A DNA stretch of 64,000 bases. It comes from Diplonema japonicum. Lineage: Eukaryota > Protista > Euglenozoa: Diplonemea. The position numbers and the translations under genes are program-made. The DNA lies in NCBI GenBank assembly GCA_964019335.1, contig OZ025716.1, forward strand, positions 186,001 to 250,000, given 5' to 3'. A model generated the notes under the pieces. The model saw nothing but the letters and a program-made list of their open reading frames with translations, was not told the DNA's origin and searched no databases. This document shows positions 12,571-26,200 of this stretch, one piece after another; the first letter of the stretch is position 1; the number at the start of each line of letters is the position of its first letter.

Positions 12571-14574
12571 ATGTCAATCCTGCAGTTCTTAAAAACGGGC
12601 CGCCGGAGCAAAAAACCGACGAAAAAAATGGTGGCTCCGGTGAAACAAGAATCGAGGGCTGATAGGTATACGTATTTATATAATTATTCCAAAAAAAAAA
12701 AAAAAAAAAAAAAAAGGTTCGCGGCCATGTGGAAACAGATAACCTCCGTACTAGAGGGCGTCCGAACAGGCAGAGAGGACGAGAACCCGGTGAAGGTCCG
12801 CAAGCTCATCAACACCCGAATCCACGAAATGATCGGCATCGTGACCCAAGAGAGAGAGCAAGACGGCGTCGGCGAAGCTCCCCCTTGCTTCGAACTCATG
12901 CTAAAACACAATGTCATCGGAAAAATGTGTATCTACGCGGTAGAGAACACAGTACGAAAAATAAACTGTATTATGCTGAAATCTTTGGGGAACATGGTGC
13001 TTCTCGTTGGGGAGTCTCTGAATAAACCTTTAATCGGCCATTTCAAACAGGTTTCGCAACCGATTATAAGTCTTTTTTCGTCTTTAGAACCAGCCCTCCG
13101 TGCAACGCCTCCAAACGCCATTCTCCATTTTTCCTCGTTGTACCTGCAATACGCTGTTTCGGTGCAGCTGGCAGAATTCCCAAATTGTTACGACTTTTTC
13201 TCGGCGGAGAATCTCTCACCTGTACAATTCGCGATCCCGTACATTGGGTCAGACATAACCATCCAGTCAGACGAAATTGACGATGAACCTGGATCATGTC
13301 CCGTAACAACTATACATCTTTCTGACGTTGCTTTGGAAGTAATATCGCAAATGGTGTCGTGTTTGCACCCATCATCCGTGTCGTACCTGGAGACAAAGGA
13401 CGATTTGCTGCCGACGCTCTTGGTCGCGGATTTACACGTTTTAACCGAAAGCTTGTTGGTTCAAACCTCGGAGGTTTTTAAGAATAACATCGTGTCGAGG
13501 ATATCCCTGCGTGTAGCGATTTTGAACAAGATCTCCCGAGGGCCTTTTCCGAAACTCTTCAACGCGGTCAAACGAGGGTTCGAATCGCAATTATCCCCGC
13601 GACTAGCGGAGGTCTTGACAACTTACCCCGGTGCACAGCTCACGGATTATCTTTTGAGGGAACTGTGCTGCAGCGGGGAGCTTGTCGTTCCGGTTCTCTT
13701 GCAAAACGACGCGATCTGCGAAAAACTCACGTCAGGCATCCTCTCCAAGGAGATCGGTCTCAGCTCCGCCACCATCCTCATGGTCACATCAATGTTACAA
13801 GCATCACCTGACGAAACACACCGAGTTTTAGTAAGATCCGGCTTGCCCACCAACGTACAGGGTTTCAACAAGGTCGATGTGCACTATATTTTCCATCCTT
13901 TGATCATGAAAACAGAGGGGTGTGGTTATAATGAGGCGCATCGAGATGCTACGCTTACTGTGTCGTCGTCTAGCGTCTGCAAGCAGTCGGGGAGGGAAAA
14001 AGTTTTTTCGGCGGAGGGCACCAACGGGATCTTAACCGCCATCAGCACCAAGCTCGTCACCGTCCCTTCGCAACCCTTGCCGTTGAACGCTGCTATTTTA
14101 ACATTCCTCACGCAAATTTTATCTGTCGGGTGTTGCCACACACTACATTACTTCTTGTGGGAAGACGGTCCCATAGTAACAGCGATGACATGTATTAAAG
14201 ATGAAATTGAGCAGTACGCTGCCTCGCACGGGGATATTAAAACACGTGATATGGCAAATGCTGCAAGGCGGAAGCTTGGTATTTACGAGCCGCTTCCAGA
14301 TGTGAGCCGAAAGAGGGGTAAGGACGCTGAGGTATCTACGTCGGTGATTTCTTCTTTTGACGCTTATGTGACGCTTGAAGAATGGCGGACGGAGTTGGTT
14401 ACGTTATTCGAGTCGATCAGGGAGGTGCAGCTCATCCAAGAGACGGAGCTGTCCACCTTGGAGCTGTCTCCTCGTGAATCGTCGTCATCTTCGTCTTCCC
14501 CCCGGCAGCCCCCGTCTCTTCTTGCAGCTTTTTCACCCATAACCCCTTCTCCCCGAAGAGGGAAGAGGAAATAA
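12571..14574 (+). CDS. FHIP/FAM160 (RAI16-like) family protein, 2 exons (intron 12666-12716), ~650 aa
   Basis: IHEMIGIVTQE...PCFELMLKHNVI and QPLPLNAAILTFLTQI...LHYFL resemble the FAM160 N- and C-terminal conserved blocks; removing the 51-nt GT-AG intron removes a poly-Lys insert. Confidence 0.75.
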   Translation: MSILQFLKTGRRSKKPTKKMVAPVKQESRADRYTYLYNYSKKKKKKKKRFAAMWKQITSVLEGVRTGREDENPVKVRKLINTRIHEMIGIVTQEREQDGVGEAPPCFELMLKHNVIGKMCIYAVENTVRKINCIMLKSLGNMVLLVGESLNKPLIGHFKQVSQPIISLFSSLEPALRATPPNAILHFSSLYLQYAVSVQLAEFPNCYDFFSAENLSPVQFAIPYIGSDITIQSDEIDDEPGSCPVTTIHLSDVALEVISQMVSCLHPSSVSYLETKDDLLPTLLVADLHVLTESLLVQTSEVFKNNIVSRISLRVAILNKISRGPFPKLFNAVKRGFESQLSPRLAEVLTTYPGAQLTDYLLRELCCSGELVVPVLLQNDAICEKLTSGILSKEIGLSSATILMVTSMLQASPDETHRVLVRSGLPTNVQGFNKVDVHYIFHPLIMKTEGCGYNEAHRDATLTVSSSSVCKQSGREKVFSAEGTNGILTAISTKLVTVPSQPLPLNAAILTFLTQILSVGCCHTLHYFLWEDGPIVTAMTCIKDEIEQYAASHGDIKTRDMANAARRKLGIYEPLPDVSRKRGKDAEVSTSVISSFDAYVTLEEWRTELVTLFESIREVQLIQETELSTLELSPRESSSSSSSPRQPPSLLAAFSPITPSPRRGKRK

Positions 14575-14693
14575 AAGTTTTTTCCCCCCCTAATTTTTTT
14601 TTTTTTTTTTTTTTTCTAAAATCAAAAGAAAAAAAAAAGAGATCTTTCGTCTTAGAGTACATGAACTTCTTCTTTTTTTTTTTGGAGACTACA

Positions 14694-15025
14694 GAAGAAG
14701 GTGAAAGGAAGGAGGGCCTTCCCTGCTGAACCATGCAAGAGAGTACATACGCTGCGATCAATCGGAGGGACGAAGGCGGTGATCGGGTGGAGTAGAAGAG
14801 CAATCTTTGCATCAACGAAGACCAAGTACGACCTGGAGGAGCTGGGGAAGCAATGGGCAAAGGAAAGAAGGGAAAAAGTAGCCAAGCTGGGGAGGAGGCC
14901 GGCACGACCACCGAAGAAGGAGAAACCGCTGCTGAAGGGGGATAGGTGCAGGTAGAGCATGAGAACAAGGGGGCGTCTCACAAAGACTTCTTTTAACTCA
15001 TATATATATATTTTTTTTTTTTTTT
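14694..15025 (+). mobile_element. 5'-truncated copy of retroelement family A
   Basis: Near-identical to ~9626-9954; preceded by a T-run and ending in (TA)n plus a T-run. Confidence 0.9.
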
Positions 15026-15175
15026 AATTTTTTTTTTTTAAAATCAGTTTAAAAAAAAAAGTCTTTCCTGTTGGGGGTGTATTTTCTTCTTTTTTTTTCC
15101 CCCCTCCCCTATCTTTTTCGACCCCCCCCCCCTTCTAATACAGTGTTAAAAAGAAGGGGGAAAAAAAGAATAAGA

Positions 15176-15637
15176 ATGCTTAACCGCGGCTGGATAGAAA
15201 GAGCTATCGATAGGCAAGCAATGGCAAAGAGCCTGAAAAACAGAAAGTTGAACTGTGAGAATAAAATTAAACTGAATGCCATGCTGCACTGCAGGGACGT
15301 TCTGTTCCATGAGGAGGTTCATGGACCTGCGACAGCGTACAGCGCGTGGAAAATGCAGCACGAGTTCACACCGCTGCTGGAGTCGGTGTGCAAAAAAAAA
15401 AAAAAAAAAAAAAAAAGCCCGAACACATTATAGGAACTTCGCCACCTGTTCTCTCACCTGCCTAAGTGGAAACACGTTGAGCTGACAGAGCAAACACAAG
15501 AAAGCCGCCGTTTGCTTCGTGAGGCGCAAGGCGCCAATTTCAAAATCCCTTCTTACACCGATTGGAATTTCGACGACTTAGAGACAGACACGGAGGAAGA
15601 GTACTTGACAGGCAGGGTAGAAGCCTACAATTGTTAA
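15176..15637 (+). CDS. Hypothetical protein, 2 exons (intron 15386-15433), 137 aa
   Basis: Removing GTGTGC-A25-...TTATAG removes the in-frame TAG and joins ...PLLES to ELRHLFSHLPKWK...AYNC*. Confidence 0.7.
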
Positions 15638-15822
15638 ATAAAAAAAAAAAAAAAAAGAACGAAGAAAAAAAAAAAAAAAGAGCGCCCCCTGTATATGTTT
15701 TTTTTTTTTTCCGGGAGGGGTCAAAAGTAATAAACCAAAAAAAAAAAAAAAAAAAAACTTTCTAGATTTTTTTTTTTATTTTTTTTATTTTTTTTTTTTT
15801 TTGGCCAAAATACGGGAGGGGA

Positions 15823-15854
<32 letters not shown>

Positions 15855-15865
15855 TACACCCCCAA

Positions 15866-16952
15866 ATGCAAAATGACCTACCAGTGTTCGGCACACGGTC
15901 TGGGAGTGGCAACTCCGTACTTCCAGGGGGCGTAGAGGCGGCAGAGACCACCGCCGCGCTTCAGTCCGCCCGTCGCCGAGTCTCTGAATTCACTAGAATA
16001 CAACACAGCACAAGCAGAATAATACCCCAGCCAACAACAACACATACACCTAAACTAATCTCCCCTATTTACGACTCGGTGCACAACAAAGCAGAGGGCA
16101 GGGCACCTTACACCCCACACGGCAGTGCCTCTATCCAGGCCCTTCGCGAACGTGCGTTCGGCACCTCACCATATTCACATCATGACGAAACTTCACGGTT
16201 AAAGGACCAACGAAGAACGGACCTGCAGAGGATCCAGCTTGCGGAGCTACGCGCTGCCACACTCGACGACGAAAAGCAAACTCTGGAGATATACCTAAAG
16301 GAGACGAAGGACACGTGCGTTGGCTTGCAGATGGAGATCGAAAGCCAAAACAACAGAATTGCTTTATTGGAAAAAAACGGTATTATTTCGTCAGCAACAA
16401 GCCCCGCACCGTCTGCACTCGACTTAGCGCATACAGAGGTCGATCGCTACAAACTTCTTGTAGATGAATTGTCGGGTAATGTAACGGAACTTGAGAACCA
16501 GCTTGTTGCGATGCGTAGCTCTCATAGTGCCAACGATGCTGTTAGGCAGCTGGCAGAGAAGGTTAAGAGTTTGGAAGACGAGCTTCGGTTGAGGCCCACC
16601 ACACAGCGGTACCGGGCTTCGCTCATCGCCACCACGAATCTCAGCGAGAAGTGCAAGAAGCTCGAGGCGGCCTTGGCAGCGAACCCACGCTTGAACAACG
16701 ACCCCCTCCCTGTAGTCCTCTCGCCATCCACCGCCAGCAACGTCTCCGAGAAGCTCCGAGCCGTCGAGGCAAAATGCCAAAATTATGAACAGTATGAACC
16801 TTTTTTATGTATTACATCCCCCCCCCAAGAAAGCAATCCGACGCCGCCACCATACACGAGAAGCAGCTTCTCCAGCTTCAAAACGAAGTTCTCGCTTTGA
16901 AGGAAGCTGCTTCCCAAACCTCGATCGTTCACGCAGAGGCTTCAAGGTAACA

Positions 16953-16986
<34 letters not shown>

Positions 16987-19390
16987 AAAAGATCGATGAA
17001 AGAGGAGTACGACTTCCGCCTTGAGCAGTCCGAACAGGAAACCGCTCGTTTAGCACACGAACGCGACGGCCTCGTTTCGCGGTATATGGATTTTTTTTTT
17101 TTTCAAAAAAAAAAAAAAAAAAAAAAGTTTATCCCAACTCGAAGCCAGCCTTTCCCAACAACAACCCCGTGTAGTAAAGGAGGAAGCAGACCCCCCAGGA
17201 CCGTCGCGAGAAATGGCGCAGCTACAGGCTGACAAAGCTTCTCTTGAAGACGAACTGATGAAAATGGCGGCGAGCCTAGAGAGGTCATCCGAAACCACCA
17301 AAGAGGTTCATGAGATAGAAACCCGACTCCGCCTCAAAGAAGGCGACCTGAAGGCCGCCAACATCGAGATCGATGCGTTAAAACGAGAAAGATCTCTCCG
17401 GGAGGGGTCCCGACTCGACAGCTTGAACAACGACACATATGATGCCATGGAAGCAAGGTTAAATCAAGCCGAGCGGGCCCTCGGTAAAACCACAGAAGAA
17501 AAGTTCATCTTGGAAAAGGAACTGCAGGAAACCAATGAAAAACTCGACGATGCGATCCACCAACTCAACAACAACTTCAAAGCCGAGGCAATGGCGCTGG
17601 ACATATCCTGTACAATGGACAATTCTCCAGCAGAAAGCACTGCCTCAGTTGTAGGAGCCGAGAACGAACGTTTAATTCAGGAAAACACATTAATGCAAAC
17701 GCGGATAGTATCGTCACAAACATCTTTAAGCGAGCTTCGAAAGGAGCTTTCAGACTTGCAAACCAAACTACACATGAAAGAATCGCAGCTCAAAGCGTCC
17801 GAAATCGAGCTCGCGTCACTACAGCGTGAACGAGACCTTCTTTCAACCTCCCGTGCGGTTCTTGTACAGAACTCAGACAAACACGTTGATACTGAGTTGA
17901 AATGCAGGGAGTTGGAGGAGAACTGTTCGGAGCTTCAAAAGCAGCTTGACGGAGTGAGCGAGAAGAACAAGTTGTTAACAGAACAGCTTAAAAACAACTT
18001 CCGCTCCGAATCAGAATCTCAACAAATTATTGAAGATTTGGAAGGCAGGCTCAACGCCATAGAGTTAAGCCGGACCATAAAAGACGACAACAAAGTAAAA
18101 GAACTGGAGAGTATCGAAGCCGATCTGACAAAACAGGTTTCCGAGCTTGAAAGAAAGCTGCAAGACTCGAAAACAGCAGGTGAAACATACGCGTCTCTTG
18201 AGCAAAAGCTTGTCGACGCCAACCACGACATCTCCCGGTTGACAACGTTAAACGAAGAATTGCAGCGAAACAACACAGAACACACGTCGCAGATCGGAAA
18301 GCTAACGACAGAACGGGACTCGTTGATGTCGAAACACGCGAGAAAATGCGAGGCGGCGGAACAAAAACAGCATAATGTGGAAGACAAGATCAACACTCTT
18401 CAACATGAAGCGGTTTCTGCGAAGAACAGAGCCTCGGAGCTTCGAAAAGACCTCGAAAAACTGCAAGCGAAACACAACGAAACAATCGGTGAAAAACAGT
18501 CCCTCGAGCAAGAAATCGAAAAGCTACAACACCAAGCCCGAACGGTATCCGACGCCGTGCACATCGAGCACAAACTGGAAGACAGCAAGCAACACGCAGC
18601 CATGCTGTCCGAACAACTTTCCGATGCAAACGCAAAAATACAACGGTTTTCCGAGAAGATTGACGATCTGGAAACGGAAAATGGAAGGCTCCTCTCATGC
18701 GAAGCAAGGCTCAGAAAGATGGAATACGAAACAAGTAAACCTACAAAACAGCGAGCCTCATCCATCAAAATAGACCACAGCGACGCTCTCTCACGTCAAA
18801 GCAGCATGCGCACCGATCTGCGTTCATCTATCAGCTCCCTTCCCTCTATGAGAAAAGTCGAATCCTCCACATCTGTTAGCTCATTACGACGCGATTTGAT
18901 ACCTAAAGGAGGAACAGAAACCCCTGGCGCTGCTTCTGTAGTACAGTCGGAGCAACACACTGTCAGACACATGGGCACCCCAAGCATTGATGAAAACGGC
19001 CGTCTTGAGGAAATCGACGAGCATGATACAAGTATTAGCCACGAGCAGGCCACGATCTCCACCCTGAAAAAACGAGAAGACGAGCTCACAGAAGCCGTTG
19101 AATTTTGCTACGATCTGTTAGAAGATCTTCAAGCCCTCCATAAAGAGGCACACGGAAAGGACGCACCCGACGCTGCTTATCTAATGGAAATGATAGACAC
19201 CTTGATGCCTGATGAGCGGGAGGATTCGGACGACTCTCTTAGTAAAAGGGACATCAAAGCTTTTTTCGACTCAGCTGGTATAAAATTGAATTCGCTGGCT
19301 GATATCGCGCAAGATCTCGTAGCTCGAGTTGGGGTGCTTAAAGGAGGCGAAACAACTGATGAAGAAGAAGAAGAAGAAGAGGAAGAATAA
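15866..19390 (+). CDS. Long coiled-coil protein, 4 exons (introns 16792-16829, 16947-16991, 17082-17127), ~1131 aa
   Basis: Three GT-AG introns join the ORF fragments into one continuous frame; E/K/L/Q-rich heptads; acidic tail. Confidence 0.85.
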
Positions 19391-19401
19391 AAAGATTGGG
19401 G

Positions 19402-19432
<31 letters not shown>

Positions 19433-19666
19433 AAAAGTGTATTTCGTCAACTTTTTTTTTGTTTTTTTGCCTCCCCGCCTCCCCCCCCCCCCCCCCCCTA
19501 TTAGAGAAAAATAATAGTATTTTTTTTTTTCACACCAATTTTTTTTTTCTTTTTTACCCTTCTGCTATAAGTCTTCTGTTTTTTTTTTTTTTTTTTTTTT
19601 TTTTCTTTTCCTGAACAGTGAGTACTGCACACTGAAACTTTTTTTTTATCGGCTTTTTTTTTTCCA

Positions 19667-19718
19667 GACGATCCTGTCACATACTGCAGGTACCCTTCAA
19701 AGACATCTTTTTTTTTTT
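19667..19718 (+). repeat. Short T-tailed dispersed element (family E)
   Basis: gacgatcctgtcacatactgcaggtacccttcaaagacatc followed by a T-run; preceded by a T-run. Confidence 0.75.
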
Positions 19719-20290
19719 AAATTGAACTTCAATATCAACTTCCCCCTCCGGCGGTTAGTATGCTTTTTTTTTTTTTTTTTTTTTTTTCAAAAGAGGAAAA
19801 AAAAGAAAAAAAAAAGAGGATGGGGGGAGAAAAAAAAAAGAAATTGAGAGAAAAGAAAAAAATTAAAAAAAAAAAAAAAACCAGATGGATGCCCTTTTTT
19901 TTCTGTTTCCTCCCCTTTTTCTTTTTTACAAAAAGTGAAAAAAAAAAACTGACTCTACGCGGGGGATTGGGGGGGAGAGTGACGCGAAAAATATATAAAA
20001 AACAAAAAATCGTGGGTGCTTTTTTTTTTCTTTCTTTCTTTCTTTTTTCTCCTTTTTATTTTTATTTTTATTTTTTTTTTTACTTTTTTTTTTTTTGCGA
20101 ATTCTTTCCCCCTCTCCCAACTAGTATTAATCCCCCCCCCCCCCCCCCTCCCCACTCCTTCCCCCTTTGTAACCATTGTTTCTTCCCCTTCCCCGTTGTA
20201 TTTTCCTTTATTACACCCCCCACAATTGTCCAACCCAACTCAACACATCAAAAGGAAGCGAGACGGGAGGAGGGGGAGGGGGAAAAAAAA

Positions 20291-23200
20291 ATGCAGAAAA
20301 GCAGATCAGGAGCGGACATGGCCTCCTGGGCAAGAGGAAGCTGGAAGGGACAAAACAAGGGGAACGCCTCTCCACGTTCCATAAGCAATACGGGTGACGG
20401 GAATGAAATAGCAGTACTCGGCGCCATTTCGATGCTAAAAGCAAACGGAGAGAGAGGCGCTGAGGAACTCGCCTCACTAGTAACCAGACAAGCAGCCACA
20501 TACGCCGGTGAGCTTCTTCGGCAGCACCTTAGGCTATCCGGTAAGAAACTTCAAGAACTTGGCAGCTCAAAAAGCTCTGAACACCGACGAGCCTGCGTCA
20601 TCGCATGCGAAGCCATCCTCTCAGAAAAAGCAAAAACATTCCGAACAGCCAGTTCTTCCATTGTCCAAGAGTACATCTTACTTCTCCACAAGGCACTTGA
20701 GAACACTCTAAAGCACGCTGTGGACCATCATGATGTAACACATTCCTCCGTAACCATCGGTAAGGTTCTTTCAGCTGCCTCCACCGGGAGTGTCGGGAAA
20801 GACATTGCTACCGCAGTTGCCTATCAAAGCACCGAATGGCTGGACAGCGATCGACCCCATCGCGTGCATGCTGGTGCCGCTTTGGCCCGCGAGCTTGGCT
20901 TGGCGCCTGCTGCGTTGTTGACATCCTCCCTAGCTGTCATGATGTCAGGCGCGCTTCCCAAAGCCCTTGCAGGCGACGTCCCCACACGCGACACAGCTGC
21001 CCTCTCCATCTCTGCTCTCGCTCCTCATTACGGCTGCGGTCCTGTCCTTCTCCGTGGTTGCGTACTTGCTATCAAGCAGCCTTCAAGCCGATACGGCGGT
21101 TTCAAAGCCCTCAAAGAACTATTCGCTACCCTTCCCAGTTCCATGACAAACCCGTACACCACAGAGGTCGCCACCGAGGCCTTACGATGGATAACCATAC
21201 CAACCGCTGTTTCCCTCCTTACAGAGCTGGCCACCACCGGACACCTCCAAAAGGACAAACTTCACTCCTTCACCAACACACTTCTCGATATGCTAAGGCA
21301 GCAGAAGTGCGACCCTGCAACAACGACAGAAGCATTTACTGCGATATCAACAATGTGCGATGCAGGGACTGGGGTGGAAGTCCTGCGGAAGGAGGTAAAG
21401 TGGCTGCACAGCATGATCCTGCACATCGTGAAGGAACGCGACGAAGCAACAGCAGAGACGGCTGCCGTGTGCTTGGCATCGCTGGCAGCTGGTATACACG
21501 ACGAGGGGATCGAGATCGATCAGGAGATGATGAACGGGCTGTGCGGGCTGACTCTAACCCCGACCATTGTGAGGGTGCTGAGTAGGGTCACCGAGGCGCA
21601 CCCGCTGACGAGAATAGACGTTTCTAAAGAGGTTCTCAAGAAAGCAAGCGAAGTACTTTCATCTACATCCTCATCAGGCACCGTCATCGCCTGCATGCAA
21701 GCACTTGAAGAAGCCGTCCTTGCCACAGCGAGTGGTCCGAAATTTGTTACCGCGTCTGTTGTGCCGCTGCTGCGGAGGTCTGCCAATGTAAAACAAGCGG
21801 CGGCGAGGCTATGCTGCACTCTTGCTTCGCAGACGCCAACCGACATCCACTGGGTGCACCCCCTCAGCGAAGTGCTCTCCGTTGCAGTGACCGAGGCGTC
21901 CATCGCCACGCGAATCGTGCTGTGGAAGTACATCGAATCCATTTCAAAACCATGCTTGACATTGTTAGCTGCTCAAGAGTGCTGCCAGTGTATCTGCTTA
22001 TCACTCGGCGATCCTTGCGAAGTGGTATCGACCATAGCAATGGAACTTGCCGTGAAGCTGTCAGACAGGTGTGTGAGCATCCCGCCACGGATACGATCGG
22101 CAGTGCTGCGGCACTGGGACAGCCTACAAGTCACTCCAGACCCATTGGAACAGGCCAGGGCAGCGAAAATGTTCGTTCTCGGCCACGCAGCTCTTCTCGC
22201 ATCACGTCCATGTTTGATCCCCCCGATGCTCATGGAGGAGCAGCTGATAACCACAATTACCAAGACGCTAGAGAGCAGTGTACCCATAGTGCAGGCCGCA
22301 TTGTTCGACGTACTGACACATCTGCTGGCTGTCGATATCCAAGTGTCGCAAGACACGCTCTCCAGGTTAGAACAGTTGGCGGTGACTGTCATCAGAGGCG
22401 ACTACGGCCTTGCTTCCACAAAACCTGCTGCTTTGTCCTTAACTGCAATCGTCCAGAAGTCAGGCGCGTCTGGAACCGAGTTGCTAATGCGGCATGAAGG
22501 CCTGCTGAAGAGGCTGCTCGACTGTCTCAAGGGTGCCACAGAGGAGACTGAAGAGGTCCGTCACGCGGTCATGAAGCTTCTGGGCACATTGGGTGCAATA
22601 TCTCCGAACCTTGCGAGGTCTCTGCTTGAGAAGTCGTCTGGTGCAACGGACGACCTCCCGTGGGGCGTGGCGCTGACGAATGAGAAATATTACGCGTACC
22701 GAGTGCTGCGTGCGATGTATACTATCCTTCGGCAGCCGAGGTTGAGGAGCTTCCACAACAGCGCGTTGAAGGCCCTACAAATCCCGCTGAAAATGATCGA
22801 GAAAGTAGAGAGCATCATCCACGTCGGGAAAGATCTCATACCAACCATAGTGGAGGTTGCGGACAGCTGCTTCATAGCGGACGACCACTCCATCACCAAC
22901 CTCCGTGCTGTGTTTCAAGCATTAAACACGATCCTGTCGATGATCCGATTCACCATCGACCCCAGCTACCTGTCGGACCTCATGCGGGTGGCGAAGATGG
23001 GCATCGAGCTCGGTGAGGCGCAGACCACTGTTACAGCGTTGCAATTAATTGAAACAGTGGCCGGGGGGATGGGCGTCGGCTTCGCACCGGAGGTGGGGAA
23101 CCTCGTGCGGACGCTTTGCCAGCTTGTCGTCGAAGGAAGCTTTGACGAGTCTGTCAACATCGCAGCGGTAAAGACGCTTGAGGGGATCGGCCCTGTTCTG

Positions 23201-26200
23201 CTTCGCCCTTATGTGTACCACGTTGCGCAGCAGCTTTGCGCTTGTATGTCACGCTACGACTCCCCTCCGCCTTTGAAAGGTAAGTGTATCGAGGCGGTCA
23301 CCAAACTCGTCATCCAAAACTCCGGTGGGCATGACGCCTTCCCTCTTGTTTTCCACAGCCTCGTCCAGGTCGTCCACCAGATAACCGAGGGCTACGAGGC
23401 GAACCGCAGCCCCGGCACCGCGAACCTCACCTTTAACAACGCAGGCTGGTCATGCACTGATGTGTGGACCGCAGCAGCGTGCGCCCTCGGTCATTTGTAC
23501 AGGTCGCATCTCGGGAGCATCTCTTCATCATTATTTAAAGTAGCACGGTCTGACACCGAAGCAGCTGGGTTAGAGTTAGGCATAGAACCGCGGGTCTTCC
23601 AAGAAACATGGTCTGGACCAGATTACGAAAACGTTTTAGAAAGCAGTGTTGCACCGGGCGGGCCTGCGAAAGAGGCCACGAAACAAGACCCTAACACCAG
23701 AGAGGTCCCGTACCCTCTGGACCACGATTCGATTGTGCGCGCGCTGCAAGGGTTCGGGTCGCCGTCGCTGTGGTTGGGCAACCTGGCCCAGACGATTCTA
23801 GGAGAGAGCCCTCGGAGCGCGTTGGTTTCGGCGTCATCCGTGGCAAGGGATTTCACACCATTGGCGTTCGAGCTGTTCGGTGCTGCGTTCACCGCTGTCT
23901 GCTCGGAGCCGGCACGCATCACCACATACATGAAGTCGGAGGTATCTGCAGGCAAGAAGCACGACTCCGTCCGCATGAACAGGCTCTTAGGGGAATCCAA
24001 GAACACACAACGTGAGCTACTTCGCACCGTGTCCCAAGTCATGACGTACTCACAGCTGCCTCGCGAGGTAATCCAACGCCTTCTACACTTGGCGGAGTTC
24101 TACGAGCGATACGAAGAAGCGACTGCGGCGGTGGACAAAGGCGGTGCCCCAATGCTCCTAAACAAGCCACCAGGGAGGTATATATTAACACCGATGGAGC
24201 TTTGCAGGTTGGCAGAACAGTGCGGCCTGCACGCAAAAGCACTCCACTGGGCAGAAGCAGAGGTGATTCGAAAAGGAGACGTCCCAGAAGCATGCCGCTC
24301 CTTGGTAAAAGCGTGCAAGGCTTTGGAAGTGGGCGGGGCCGACGAAGGCGTTCTAGCCGTGCTGAAGTCCACAAGCGTAGTAAACGACGCATCTTTACAA
24401 GAGGACCTGGGGAGGTGCGACAAGGCACTGACGCAGTACACTCTGGATGAGAACAGGGAAGGCATTGTGAGATGCCACGAGAAACTAGGGAACTGGAGAG
24501 AGCTTATGGACACCAAGCTGACTCCAGAAACGTCGCTGTCTGTAGCAAGGGCATCGTGGGTACTAGGCGAGTGGGACTCACTAGAACGTGCAGCACATGA
24601 AATCCTCATCAGAGACACCTCCGGGCCTTCAGTTCGTCCTGGCATCGGGCAGTTCTACCTGGCAGTGGTGTCGGCCCAAAGGGGTGAGTACGGTACTGCA
24701 AGGGAATATATATTCAGCGGTCGCCGTGAGTTAGACGGGGAACTTAACGTGTACTTGACTGAAGGTTATTCAAGGTATGGTGATTTCTTTTTTTTTTTTT
24801 TTTTTTAACACAAAAAAACCTGGTACTTTCAGATCTTACGATACATTGGTCAGCATCCAGCAGCTTGCAGAGCTGGAGGAGATAATCGATTACAAATCGT
24901 CGGCAGCTTCGATGCCCGCAGAGTGGCAAGCAGAGCGGCTTCAGCACCTCAAGCACGTTTGGAACACCAGGTCCAAGAACATGCTGATGGACCCATTGTC
25001 CTTGCGGGGAACGCTGACGCAGCGCAGCCTGCTTGTCCAGCCGCATGAAGACCCGAAGCCGTGGCTCGACTTCGCAGCGTCGTGCAAAAACCCGTGGGAG
25101 AAGAAACACGCGACAGAGGTCCTTAAATTAGTAGTGAAGGGAAGAGATCTGAACATATCAGAGCTGATACTGGAGGGGACGGACCCGGAGGTACTGCTGG
25201 CGATACTAAAGCATCAATGGGACACAGGGCCGAGAACGGCCGAGCTGGTAAAGGTACTACAAAAAAAAAAAAAAAAAAGAAAGAAAGAAAAAACAAAAAG
25301 GACGCATCGCTTCTGGCAGAATACTGCAACGAAAGTAACTACGATGCAAAGGCGCAGAGCTTGGTCTTGTCGACGGTGTGGATGCAGGAGATTGATGTGG
25401 GGAAGGACACCACTCTGGAAAGCTTGGAAGAGTGCGTGGACATCTCGAAGCATCTATCAGGCGAAGTGCGTGAAACAGTGTGGAAGGAATGGGCAAGGTA
25501 CCACAGCAAGGAGGCCCTGGCGAAGAACAGCGTCCGTCACGCGCTGCAGGCGATGAACGGTTTTGTGAAGAGCGTCAATGCTGATGATGCGCAGCTCAGC
25601 GCACCTGCTGTGCTGCAACTCCTTCACCTTGTCTTCCTGTACAAAGACAAAGATGAGGTAGTTCAACACGCTAACTCAATATTCAGCGAAGTTCCTACCC
25701 CACTGTGGATCCAGGTCGTCCCCCAGGTCGTGGCCCGACTTGGCGAGACCGGAAAGCTAGGGAGCTTTGTTGAAGAGCTGTTGTGTTACGTTGCAGCGTA
25801 CCTCCCCGGCGCGGTGATTTACAGCCTTCTCCCCCCGTTGACCGCTAGCTCCTCGACAGCCCCAAGGGTGTTGGCTGCGGAACGGGTATGAAACACTTTT
25901 TTTTTTAACCCATAAAGGACCGGAGCTGAATATTCAGCTAAAAAAATTTTTTTTAAATTCTGCTAAGGCATTTTTAGTGCTCTGCATGCCCACTCTTTAA
26001 AGAGGGGCCTTATTGCGCGACTTTTTTTATACTGAACGCTAAATCGCTCGTAAGTTTTTGCATCCAAACTGCAAGGGGAGGAAAGAAATAGTGGCACAGA
26101 CATTGTTTTTTTTACACCCCATAAGGAGCAGCCCCGAAAGTACTTCTGAAGAAGCGTCAGTGTCACCGGATGATGGAGATATCCCGGATATGGAATGGGA

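Noticed and set aside
15431-15433. In-frame TAG suggesting stop-codon reassignment
   Set aside because: It is the intron acceptor; all long ORFs read with the standard code.
19760-20290. Long N-terminal extension of TOR in the ORF track (similarly at 4242, 28800, 29966, 56169)
   Set aside because: Homopolymer-derived; coding composition starts at the downstream ATG.
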